Assembly: GCF_022045235.1 (NCBI RefSeq)
Contig: NW_027266297.1
Coordinates: 37,324,001-37,388,000 of the forward strand
From: Haliotis cracherodii
Taxonomy: Eukaryota
Length of the DNA: 64,000 bases
Direction of reading: 5' to 3'
In this document: positions 12,901-23,420 of the stretch, in pieces
Position numbering within the stretch: the first letter of the stretch is position 1
How the letters are laid out: each line of letters starts with the position of its first letter
Notes under the pieces: model-generated
Seen by the model: the letters and a program-made list of their open reading frames with translations, nothing else
What the model was told of the DNA's origin: nothing
Database searches by the model: none
Translations under genes and position numbers: made by a program

Positions 12901-14777
12901 TTGTGTTTAACGCCGCTTTAAACAGTATTCCAGTCATATCACGGCGTGTCAGCTTAATGTGGGAGGAAAGCCCGAAGTGATGCAGGTCTCAGACGTTTAC
13001 CACTTCGGTGAAACCCAAGAGCATGGGTATGGTGCTGACAAACCTAGAAACATAATCGGGGTGAACCGGGATTCCAACCCACAATCATAGGTTTCTGGCG
13101 TGCCCAAGGGACGCAACTCTGCACAGCAAATTGCGGCGCCTTAGACGACTGGGCCACCCGTGCCCCCTGGCCATTTAGAAGAAATATTTGGCTAACTGAT
13201 ACTACAAAGTATTTTACTCTTGACTATAATCATTTACAATATTGACCAAGGTACCGTGTTGGAAAATAAGAGGGGTCCTGAAGTCCAAAAAGTTTTCTCC
13301 TATATTATTTGAATCCAGAGCTGCAGGGCTTATGACAAAGACCCCTTGACTTTCTGGCTTAATTTCGAACACTGTACAACTACAAGGATATAACATACTC
13401 TGATAACACCTTTTACAGATCCACATAATCAAAACCAGGCTTTCAGGAATCACCTGGCTGACCTTTGTTTATGGATTTGGGAATTTCTTTCACATACATG
13501 ATAGATGAGGGTTTAATGATAAGTCTGTTCATAATGCACTGAATTCCACTCAGTGAATTCTCATAGCCATACATTAGTATTAACCTGGTCAATGTATCAG
13601 TGCACACTTGAATTTCATTCTCAGCTCCCTAGGGAGTATACAACCCATGCTGCTTGTGAGGCGGTATTAGGTCAACATTGGTCAATGGTCACATTACAAT
13701 CTCATCCTATCTGGTACCCATTCACTGCAAGGTGTACAGAGGCATATTTCGGACAGTCATTTGCCTAAGGACAGACCACATGTTACATGTGTTTCAGTGT
13801 GTGGCAGGACCGAAGCCCGAGAAATTCTACGAAGACACCCATCACTATTCTTCGTGATAGTGACCTGTGTGCTGTGCACAGGACCACGTGCCACCAATGT
13901 GACCATGTACTAGTAAGAACAATAATTATTATGATGATAACATACACTGAGTTCAGCAGCTGACGACTCCCCCTCCCTCTGGGAGAAGGCCTGGTACGCT
14001 GCCTCTGTGTCGGAGTCCTACAGCAACAAGAAATCATCATTTGTCACTAATTTAGAATTCTTAATGTCACTACAGGCAGAGCTCCAGATAACTTTTTGAG
14101 CAATTGAGTTTTTACTTTAATTGGGTTATTACATTTTTCATTGGGGAATCAATATTTTTTCACTCATCTATTCATCACTCTATTGGGTTTTTCCCAAACT
14201 TAGTGAACATTTCATAATTTAAAAAAAATGAAATAATGTTCTAAATATATAGGCTTAACTCTGAAAGTAAACATGGTAAATTAGCTCGTAATTGTATTTC
14301 GGAAATTAGCTCCTTTGTACGCTTGCTGAAAAAGCTTCATAGGGTATTTACTCTAGCTGTTATTATTCATTTTAGTTTTTCATTTAATGCATGCGTTTCT
14401 GTACGCAAGTAAATTGAAAGTAATTGGGGTTTGAATATTTTTTTGGGGGTGGGGGGGGATTTTATGCAAATATGCTGCTTATCTATTAGCTCTGTACAGG
14501 GCTTGAAAGAAAAAATTCATTTCCCTTTCCTATCTCCTTACCATGCTTACCCTAGTATTTTTCTTCAGGAATCAAACAATTAATTGGATCGGAGATACTT
14601 CAAAGTTATATAACAATAATATTTGAACTCAAAACAGGTGAATTCGTGTTTCAAGTGATAAAACAAAGATTTGACAAAAGTACTCACAATTCCTGCATTG
14701 ACCAGACCCTCCTCTTCTCCATCTTTGGAACTGAGTAGTTTCTGTTTCCGACGTTTTACCTTTGGTTTGTCAGCCAT
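925..14777 (-). CDS. CC2D2A: Coiled-coil and C2 domain-containing protein 2A (ciliary transition zone, MKS module), 5' portion; gene continues beyond the window start
   Basis: Frame-consistent GT-AG exon chain (minus): 14777-14688, 14017-13946, 12790-12716, 12002-11738, (optional 11687-11649, 11596-11558), 11422-11268, 11041-10943, 9232-9149, 8561-8391, 8135-8102, 6697-6551, 5285-5146, 4921-4799, 4002-3793, 2709-2653, 1918-1851, 1065-925. Family motifs recognised: AEEAFDFFT, PRFLEEEGLYVGTRP..NQNKMENRLL, WFGEDGQIIALPDP, YQLDVDINSISFTHHHLFSKEHVL, LLKSIINTWKEVKKQREFQKFTST. The low-complexity N-terminal exons are less certain. Confidence 0.9.
2026..2270 (-). mobile_element. SINE family C (V-domain-like, CCATGC..GTAAGAGGCGACTAA core)
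   Basis: Homologous copies at 18585-18780(+), 24590-24810(+), 32803-33046(-), 40822-41062(-), 46653-46866(-), 61938-62186(+), 63572-63835(+). (CAAA)n tail. Confidence 0.8.
2893..3436. mobile_element. MITE / non-autonomous DNA transposon with about 70-bp terminal inverted repeats
   Basis: gggagttaactgactgtaaaagtccagtttccacccttgccgaactaggc is inverted at about 3363-3412 as gcctagttcggcaagggtggaaagtggacttttatagtcagttaactccc. Confidence 0.75.
4105..4281 (+). mobile_element. tRNA-derived SINE family A (about 175 bp)
   Basis: A box TAGCCTAGTGG, B box GGTTCGATTCC, (CTCA)n tail; more than 10 copies in the window. Confidence 0.9.
5340..6158. repeat. Diverged local duplication (about 5340-5655 vs 5764-6158)
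   Basis: Shared blocks tttttcatctgtaatttg, atggccccatacatcaaactt, tcgtctcaccttgaactg.atttacaatcagctcgagtgtgggctttgcgcac. Confidence 0.8.
6296..6457 (-). mobile_element. SINE family A copy
   Basis: Reverse complement of the 4105-4281 element. Confidence 0.85.
6740..7125. repeat. AT-rich degenerate minisatellite (acagtataacagatatat...caccataatg)
   Basis: Motif acagtataacagatat recurs many times. Confidence 0.85.
7684..7880 (-). mobile_element. L2/CR1-group LINE ORF2 C-terminal fragment
   Basis: Minus strand translates PYRPALSLRSKDQLQLLVPKSRTDTHGDRSFQHAGSLLWNSLP, followed by a FKT.LF-like segment, typical of the L2/CR1 RT C-terminus. Confidence 0.75.
9296..10993. repeat. 58-bp minisatellite, about 29 copies, derived from the 3' end and donor of CC2D2A exon 11041-10943
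   Basis: Unit tgtgtcgaaccgtgtcctcgccttctcctgcctgatgtaccgctgtctgactcacctc (period 58, e.g. 9791 and 9849). The minus strand carries GAG|GTGAGT in most units. Confidence 0.95.
11509..11765. repeat. Tandem repeat of about 90 bp creating two identical 39-nt candidate micro-exons (11687-11649, 11596-11558)
   Basis: Minus: tag|GGGAGGGGTCGGAGGAAGAGACCACGCCTACAGGGGAAG|gtggg occurs twice and resembles the end of exon 12002-11738. Confidence 0.85.
12135..12650. mobile_element. Degenerate MITE-like element
   Basis: Inverted blocks atcagatct / agatctgat, gacatcccatta / taatgggatgtc, gaacttt..ctgaccaat / attggtcag..aaagttc. Confidence 0.55.
12881..13168 (-). mobile_element. SINE family D (tRNA-like head GGGGCACGGGTGGCCCAGTCGTCTAAGGCG)
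   Basis: Copies at 7287-7510, 39605-39853, 47528-47792, fragment 23966-24030; same 3' tail as families A and C. Confidence 0.75.
13560..13930 (-). mobile_element. SINE-like interspersed repeat (CORE-like); interrupted copies at about 28090-29050 and 30544-31504
   Basis: Shared cctggtcaatg.atcagtg..cttgaatt..tctcag.tccct.gggagtatac and ttgcctaa..ccacatgt.ac.tgtttcagtgtg.gg.aggacc.aagccc.aga. Confidence 0.65.
14077..14494. mobile_element. MITE with CAGAGCT termini and a 6-bp flanking direct repeat
   Basis: cagagctccagataa ... ttatctattagctctg, flanked by tacagg at 14071-14076 and 14495-14500. Confidence 0.65.
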
Positions 14778-17703
14778 CTTTGCTCCAACTGTAACTTAAT
14801 CACTACAATAAAAAAAAATACTGTTATTATTTGTATATGCATCAATACTATTGAAGGCCGAAGAATTGATATGAAATACACACTAAGTTCAAATAAATGT
14901 TGTACTAGCACAAGATGCACCTAGGCGAAATTATGATTACAGAGTAATAATTCCTTTGTTCATGTTGTTAAAACTAAGAGTATTGAAACCAGAGCAATTG
15001 TCCCTGGACCAAATTTTCATAACTTGAATAAATCCATAGCACATACTGTATGTGACGTAATAAGCGCCCTGCTCTTAGAAGCGCCCACGGCGATATTTGC
15101 TAATATATTGGCTAGTGAACAATCCCAATTAGCACCACTTGCGATTGATCAATGTACACAAGACTTGTTTTTTTCGCGTATAATACACACTTATGTGTTA
15201 TATGCATCCTTAATTATGGGCAATTTATTTCTGAAAAAATATATCTGTCATACATAAACATTTCAGGCTGTCAGGTATATAAGTTTATGTCTTCTGGAAT
15301 AATTTTAAAGAATAAAACATTTGAATGTTATACCAGAGACAGCTAAAAATGTAACTGAATAGGTTTGTGTGATCACATGGCACATGCTGCTTAGACAATG
15401 ATACAAACTGGTACAGTTAGTCGACAGTTGTCACATTTGCTCATACTTTCACAAAATTCAAAGTTATTGGTACAGTCAACTTTATACAGAGGATATTTCA
15501 GAAATAACAATAAAATAAATGTGATAACTGGCGGTGGCCAGTACCTTTCAATGTAGCCGTGAGCCTCGATGGAGTCCTAGTCAAGACTTGATGTAGGGCA
15601 CAGGACCATGTATCTAATAACAGTGAAAAAACTAGCCAAAAAATCGTAGATGAGGCCGAGTTTGTTTGTTAATATATTATTAGTTACATGGCCTGTGTGT
15701 AGGGTCATATCTTGACTGTAGAACCCAAACGCGGCTCTAGGCTACATTCAGTGAATCATTGCACTTGACAATTGTACTTCTCACACTGAACCATTATACA
15801 TGACATCATAATATATATTCAGTGAAACGATGCTGAATATACTGAGTCAACTTTTACCCTCATAATACTCAGTGTAAGAAGACATATTATGATACCGTCT
15901 CCGTTTGACATATCATATTCTGTGTCTACACTGAGCTAGCAGAACACATACATTGATACACCGCTATATATTTAGTATATTAACTTTGTCTAATGCACGA
16001 TGGAAAACCTCTTTTAAAATACAAACTAAGACTTTACAAACTTATTGTTTTACATTTGTGTGAAGTTTCGGTCGGCGATAACTGCTTGAACATTCATAAA
16101 CAAATATCCAAAACCTGAAGCACAATCTCGCAGTCAAGAACAGAGCCAGAGATGTTTCCGTCAGTGTCAACTGTCGTCTCTGATCAGCAATGCTTATAGT
16201 CTAAATGTTTGTTTCTGTTGAATGATGTTTGGGTAAATGACAAACAAAATGAGTTTACCGGTAAGTTTGATCTATTGTCAGATGAGGTATCCCATTTTCA
16301 ACAGTCAAAACAGTTAACAGTACATGCAACAACTTGTCAAAGCACCCGCTGCAGAAGAATGTAGTTGAAAGTCAGACTGGGTATTTAAAACGGAATACAC
16401 GCATATTTGAATTTTATACTAAAGAGAATGACATCATAAATGTACTTTGTATGCTTTAATAATTATGTTGTAGTGCCATTTTAGTAGTTCCCGTATACAA
16501 ATATATTTATTACTATCATTACAAAAGATGAGTCATAATTCGGTTTGGGGATTTAGTTACAACCTTTGCTTAATAACAGGTGCGAGAAGCGCCTATATAA
16601 TATCAAAACATTGTATTTTGTGGAGGCAGCTGATAACCACATCTCGCTTTAATGGAAATTAATCATTAAGAGATGATATCGCTACCAGTATATTCGTGTT
16701 TTGTACTTTGTTATCATTATTACGTCGATGTTTTTTTGGGAAAAGATAATTCGTGAAAAATATGAAATCTTATTAGAATCTAGATATCTATGCTCCAGTG
16801 TTGAGAAAAAGGAAGAAATTGCTTGCCACAAACATTACATTGTTGCAACGTGTTTGCCTTGAAAATAATTCAGACTCATTGTTGTCATCTGGTGTTGTAG
16901 CGGTAGCTGACATTATTGTCACGAACTTAATTATGACTATAAGGCCAGCTGTTCCCCTTAAATGGTTATTTTACCTAGAAATTAAGGTTTAAGATTTCAG
17001 TCATTTGCAATATCTGCTTAAAACACATGTGAAAACCCGAAAAGTCAGGATCACTGGTTTGAATGTTTGTGAAATTTGTTCCGAATCGATGTTTTAATAT
17101 GGATCGAGTTGTCAATTTATTACGTGTACGTGTTAGGCTAGTGGTGTCTTGAATATCCTGGTGCAGAAATGTGTTTTCATTAAAAAAAACCAACACATTG
17201 CATGTGCACAACCACCACTAAAATCTATGTGTAGTTCATTCTGAGACTTAGATTAAGACTATTCGTTTCAATGACAACAATTCAAAACTTCAACAGCCAT
17301 TATCTCAATACTGTAGTAGTGGGAGTTACATATGGATTTCAGGCAACCATTTGTTTGTGCATTTGAGACGTACGTTGCATTGATTAAGGGAACTCAACGC
17401 ACCAATTATATTATAAATGCTAGTCGGAAAAGGGACCAGAATCATAATCCCATTAAAAAACCGCATTAACGTAGTCATATAGAGACATATAATCTTTGAA
17501 AGAAATGTTTTCAGTAGGCGTGTTTTGTTTATTTTCCAAACATTTTCGTAATCACACTGAAAAACTGAATATTATTTGTTTCCAATATTGCTTTTCATAA
17601 AACATAGTTCACCACCGGAAACTTCAGTATGAGGGCGAGGTAGATACAACACATGTGTGCAGTAAATGTTAGTTAAAGAAAACAATAATACAAAAATAAA
17701 ATG

Positions 17704-17919
17704 GTAAACAAACACAACACTATAACAAATCCGAAGCATTTTCCTTCATATGGGTCTTGGGTGTCTTCTACTACGTCCGCGCGGTGGCCATAGATATGAC
17801 GTAATAACGTCTACGTCATGTTTGTTCAGTGCTACAAACTGTCAGTATCATATAAACATGATAAACTCGCAAACATGCCAAACAGTCCATCACCAAAGAC
17901 GAACTCATTCTTTCTCTAG
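17704..17919 (+). pseudogene. Decayed paralogue of the H1/protamine-like gene (promoter plus N-terminus only)
   Basis: Colinear with 20274-20450: gtaaacaaacacaa, tgtcttct..acgtccgcgcg.tg, tgttcagtg, then ATG 17875 MPNSPSPKTNSFFL* versus MPSPS. Confidence 0.6.
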
Positions 17920-20273
17920 AAATCCATTGTCACGCTCAGGGTTAGAAATAAACATTAGCCCGCTAGAACGGGGCCAGTACAAATTCAAGCAGGATATAGA
18001 ACTAAGGAAATTTATATTATACTGAATAACGCTCTCCGCTTCTGACCCCAAACCAGTAAGTCGTCTGTGGCAAAAGAAAGGACAATATGCTCGCATATCA
18101 GTCTTGCACTTATGATCGTGTGTTAGTTTTTCAAAGAGATGGCTATCCTCAGTTTCACCATTGCCATGCGGATATACTTGATCGAGACAAAACGAACGCA
18201 GTTTCCACATGTTCTGAAACGCACCTTTCTTAAACATGATAACATGTATCTTAGATATCATACACCTCATCATCTAAACTAACCAGCATCGGTATAAAAA
18301 GGAACGTAATATTTCGGGAGATATTATAAGATCATAATTAGATTAAATTAATCATAACTTCACCCGCTTAGCGATATCTGGGGACTGACTCAAACATGAT
18401 ATAGGACAAACAACAGGAGGTTTGTCATAATGTTTTTTCTACATTTTCAAATAAAATATTAAAAAATGAGGTGCCTACAAATGCCAACAGGAATTCATTT
18501 AAATAAACTACTTATTTTTCTGCGAGCACCAAACACCTTTCCGTCTAATTATTTGGTACATATTTTTTGTATGTTTTTGAAATGGTCTTCAGCAACCCAT
18601 GCTTACCGTAAAAGGCGACTAACGGGATCGGGTAGTCAGGCTCGCTGACTTGGTTGATGCAATTGCGTGGATCGATGCTCATGATATTAATCACTGGATT
18701 GCCTGGTCCAGACTCGATTATTTACAGACCGCCGTCATATAGCTGGAATATTGCTGAGTGTGGCGTAAAACAACAACCCAAACTTAAATGAAAAATGGTT
18801 AAAAAATATATATGGAAATACAAATCTAGATATCTTGATACAGATCATTAGCATGTATTATAACATCTAACCCAAACCATTCTGTATTCCTTTATCATAA
18901 GGACACTGTAATATTTAGAAAAGAATTTATTTCTCTCAATATTTGGATTAGATCATTAATGAAGATTTGTATCTATGGAGCATATTTAGCATATATTTCA
19001 TTAATAGTTCAACGAAATTGCATGTACATATATTTTGATTTATATTCTGATATATGGAATGATGCCTTTATTATAGAACCTCAAATGATTGTACAAGCAT
19101 TTGATGAACAATATATAAAGTCTATAGATAACAACATTAATTATATCCATGTTTTTGAATGAATATCATTGGCTTGATCCATGGGTTTATTCACTGTATA
19201 AACATACTATATTTGACAATGACATACTGAACATTCTAGTATTCATAATTTCCTTTACCATGTTTACACGTACACAGTCTACATGTTTTACCGAAAACGA
19301 TCGGGAAAATACTGGCTTAGATCTATGTTGGTAACATTTCACTGCTTCATATTTCATCTCAACACACCGAAATTATTGTAAGATTTTATCTATTTCTCAA
19401 AATAATTTGGTTAAAATATTAAGAAGATCTGGTGTTTATGAAATAGATTCTTTGAAAGCAATAGCAAAATACATAATTGATCAGTGTGCACAATCGCACG
19501 TACGTCTCTAATAACATTTAGTAGAACATTTTTCGTATTTTTTTCATAGGCCATATAATACTTTTGCCGGAAACCTGTGTTAATATTTTGTATATTTGTT
19601 TGATTTTTAAAATTATTTTGTACTGGAGATAAGAAGTATTTAAGGTAACAGCTGGGCTTCATAAGGGATACATGACGGAAGTGCGTACAAGCATTGGAAT
19701 TAGTGGGAAAATGTCACAACATATGGGCACGAAAGAGGACCAATAATGTAGATCGTTTTCTGTTTAATTCGGGTCATAAACTGAGTTGAGAAGAATTAGT
19801 GAAACTAGAAAGTGAGGTTCGGGTCGTACTGTACATATATAACTTTACAGAGTGGCAAAAGCGTTCAAGTATTGTCAAAACCCAAGTTGAAATGCATTCA
19901 AAATGGACGATTTTCTGTCGTTGTTGTGTTTTTGAGCTAACATTTAACATAAAAATTGAGCTGTCTAACTGATTTGTACTGCTATGTATGATACATCTAT
20001 TGAATCAGAACCATGACATGTTTAACATGAACGTAATTTTGAGCTTATGTTTTGCAAGATGTTTTTGGTTAAGCCAATTTTTTAATGTGGAACGTTGTTT
20101 TTAAAAACATTTCTCTTTATAGTTCACTGTAAAACCCACAATAGCGTAGCAACACCAAATTCCTGCAGGAATTGATGTGGATCCCCGGAATCACTAGAAC
20201 ATATGCTGCTGAATGGTACCATTTTTGTTTAACCAATATGAACGAAGTAAAAGGAAATATCATAATGACATTG

Positions 20274-20385
20274 GTAAACAAACACAATTTGCAGTAAATC
20301 GCTAAGCCTATTTACATTTCGTGCGAATATGTGTTGATTGTCTTCTCTCACGTCCGCGCGTTGCCTATAAGAGCGACGTCACGTC
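20274..20385 (+). promoter_or_regulatory. H1-type promoter: AAACACA H1-box-like motif, GC-rich element, TATA (cctataaga, about 20365-20373) and gacgtca
   Basis: Motif order upstream of ATG 20437; conserved in the paralogous relic at 17704-17830. Confidence 0.6.
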
Positions 20386-20436
20386 GGTTGAAGGCATTCC
20401 TGTTCAGTGTACCTGTCAAGAATACATCTAATAATC

Positions 20437-21042
20437 ATGCCAAGTCCATCTTGTTCCGGATCCCAATCGCCTGCTAGGCCTGCAGTGCTTACCTTTCCTG
20501 CTAAAAGCCTAAAGAAGGCCGTGGGTAATCGCAAGCCATCGGGTCGCCCAACTGTCGTGAATATGATAGTTGCGGCAATTGGTGCCCTGAAGGACAAGAA
20601 AGGCTCTTCAGTGCAGGCCATCAAAAGCTACATCATGGCCACCTACCCTGGAATTCCTCTTACTTTGTTGCCAAGTTTGCTCAAACGTGGCTTTCATAAA
20701 GGTCTACAGACGGGAGCCCTGGTTCGCCCCAAGGGATCTCTCGCCAATGGAGCGTCAGGCCGTTTCCGCGTAGGAACAGTTTCCACAAAGAAGCCCGCCA
20801 AGAAGGCCAAGAAGACCGCCGGCAAGAAGAAGTCGGCAGGCAAAGGCAAAGTACGAAGGCGTTCCATGGGAAAGGCAAAGAAGGCAAGGAAGCCTGCAAG
20901 GAAATCGGCGACCAAGAAACGACCAAAGAAAATGCTCAAGAAAGCTATCAGAAAGGCCAAGCCAAGCAAGAGGCCAACAAAGAAAATCGTCAAGCCTGGA
21001 TCGAAGAAGGTGAAAATCAGTAAGAGAGCCAGCGTCAAGTAG
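20437..21042 (+). CDS. Histone H1-like / sperm-specific protamine-like (PL-I / phi-2B type) protein, 201 aa, intronless
   Basis: Winged-helix H15 domain PTVVNMIVAAIGALKDKKGSSVQAIKSYI...GLQTGALVRPKG..GASGRFRVG, Lys/Arg-rich tail, MPSPS start as in mussel PL proteins; histone stem-loop downstream. Confidence 0.9.
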   Translation: MPSPSCSGSQSPARPAVLTFPAKSLKKAVGNRKPSGRPTVVNMIVAAIGALKDKKGSSVQAIKSYIMATYPGIPLTLLPSLLKRGFHKGLQTGALVRPKGSLANGASGRFRVGTVSTKKPAKKAKKTAGKKKSAGKGKVRRRSMGKAKKARKPARKSATKKRPKKMLKKAIRKAKPSKRPTKKIVKPGSKKVKISKRASVK

Positions 21043-21079
21043 AAAACTTGCTTGTTACAATTTTAGGACACTGTCCACA

Positions 21080-21118
21080 GGCCCTTTTCAGGGCCACCCA
21101 AATCATTACGAAAGAACT
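21080..21118 (+). terminator. Replication-dependent histone mRNA 3' stem-loop and purine-rich downstream element
   Basis: GGCCCT-TTTC-AGGGCC (21080-21095), then ACCCA, then GAAAGAACT at 21110. Confidence 0.95.
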
Positions 21119-21339
21119 TTTATATTGCCTAACAACCAATTTAATGTACTGCTGTTTCGTATGTGAAACAAGTCGCTTGCATTGGACATGCATTTATTCA
21201 GTATAAACTATTACTAAGACCTTGGGAAATGATTGAAATGCAATTCAAGTAATGTTTTTTCACATGATCGATTCATGAAAACCTTTTTAAAGGTTGTTTG
21301 AAAAAATAACTAGCTAGGCCCTAATTCGAAACTGGATGA

Positions 21340-21435
21340 TGGGTACAATGTGTGAAGCCCATTTCTGGTGTCCCCCCGCCTTGATATTGCTTGAATATTG
21401 CTAAAAGCGGCATAAAACCATACGCACTCTCACTC
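21340..21435 (+). mobile_element. 5'-truncated SINE A with a 14-bp target-site duplication
   Basis: tcgaaactggatga on both sides. Confidence 0.8.
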
Positions 21436-23420
21436 GAAACTGGATGAGCTATTCGAATGTTTGGTGCCTTTTGTACAAACATCACTTAAAATGATATTTG
21501 ATAAAAATATATTTAGATCTTATTGATTTTGTATCAAACAATAGCTTTAAGATTAACTTCCTTTGTACTTAGAAGGTTTAGCAAACAAATATAAAGCTGT
21601 ATAGTTTCTTATCTTGCATGACCTAGAAATCAAGTCGGAGGATCTTGTCCCCCCCAATTACACCACAGTAAACAAAAATCAGTTTTGCATATACAATTTG
21701 TCCTCTCGATATCGTATATCAAATACGTACTGTCGTATTATGAACGCTTTTTTATTGTTCCATGTCAGAATAAAAACGCTGACAGTCAAGTAACGTAAAG
21801 TAAACAGCTGGAAACAAAAATAGTCTGAACAGTTAGATCACGTGCTGCGCGTGACCATCGCTAGATCTACTTGCTTGGAGACTGCTGGATTATCTGTTGC
21901 TGAAATTTCTCTGGTATTACACGCCGCAGAGATCACGGTAAGCAGACAATTTCTTTTGGAAACGTGTGATTGCTTAATCTATTTGACTAAGTGTAAATGA
22001 TAAATACCAGATAACAATTCCGACCTATGACATTGACCCAGAACACAATCTAGGTCACTATAGGTAAACATGTTCGCCATGTTAACAACGCTTTTTACGT
22101 CTTATCACTTCTTTAGCGTGAGTGTGTATTATAAAATGTTTTTTTTCCCCAGGTTAGTATGTCTTTTTCAATAAATGTGACACAATGCATGAATATACAC
22201 ATCACGGTTTGTTAAGTTGGATAAACACCCTTGCTTAACATCAACCCGGAAGTATTTTTTTATACAGTTTTTAACATCAAACTGCCAAATGTAAAGACTT
22301 TTTGACAGTACAGTACCATGTTTGTAGGTTCTAGTTAAGAGTTAAAAAAAACAAAAAAAACTATAGTTTTATACTGTTACAAGAATATGTTGCTACTTGA
22401 TGGTATTATTTTTTCGTCAGTGTTATAAATACCCATCACGAGTGAATCATGTGTGAATTGACACTCTCAAGCATTTAAAATATCTGATTTTTAGACATTT
22501 ATCTAACTTGTAAATATTAGCAATATTATGCGAGAGGGGGTTGGGTTCACAAAGATTTTCTTTGGGTTAATGACAATAAATAATTTTAAAAAATTACCCA
22601 TTTCCCCAATTAAAACATCACATAACCATAAATATGGGTGAGCATGTTTCTAAAACTAATGCTCGTGTACCATCTGACTCAGGTCAAAGTTAAATGATTA
22701 TTAAATGATATGGTACAGTAATTACCAAAAGCACATGGTTGTCAAAACTATGACCCTTCAAATGAACATGGATGTACAGAGTAGAATTATATTTGCATGT
22801 ATCTTGTCCTTTATGGAAGTTTGTGATGAGAAGTAAATTATCAACTAGTTACTGAAATATATTCCATATTAGAATAACAAGTTGTAGGTTTTCTTTATTT
22901 TGTAAATAAAGTTTAAGGATGAAATAAAATACATTTATTTACCAAGAATGAACATTAGGCTATAATAAACCAAGTACCAGCCTCCCCCACCCTCTCACTA
23001 GCCTCATATCAACACATTGTCACCGAGTACTTGCTACATGTGTTCCCTTTTGTCATCACTTGATTAAATACACTACTGCTATATGCATAGACCTATCAAA
23101 CATTCATGCTTCATGTGAATAACATCTGTTGACGTTAAAGGAAACAGAGGCCTTGAACACAGTGAATACTGTAAATCTTGAAATTAATGCGTCTCCAAAC
23201 TGCTGACCCCTAGCTAGCCAATGCGACGCAAAATCAATTCGACACTCTCTCTCTTTGTTTATTGTGGCATCATGTAATCCTGTGTTTGAGTTACATTTCC
23301 AAATACTTGTATTTAAAATAGTTTTGAATACCAGTTGACACAACTGACAGAATTTATGTTTTTTAATTTTTGTTAGTTTTAGATTGTTTATGAGTTGAAA
23401 ATATAGCATTGGTTTACAGA

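Noticed and set aside
20379-21038. Minus-strand hydrophobic ORFs
   Set aside because: Antisense shadows of the Lys-rich H1 gene
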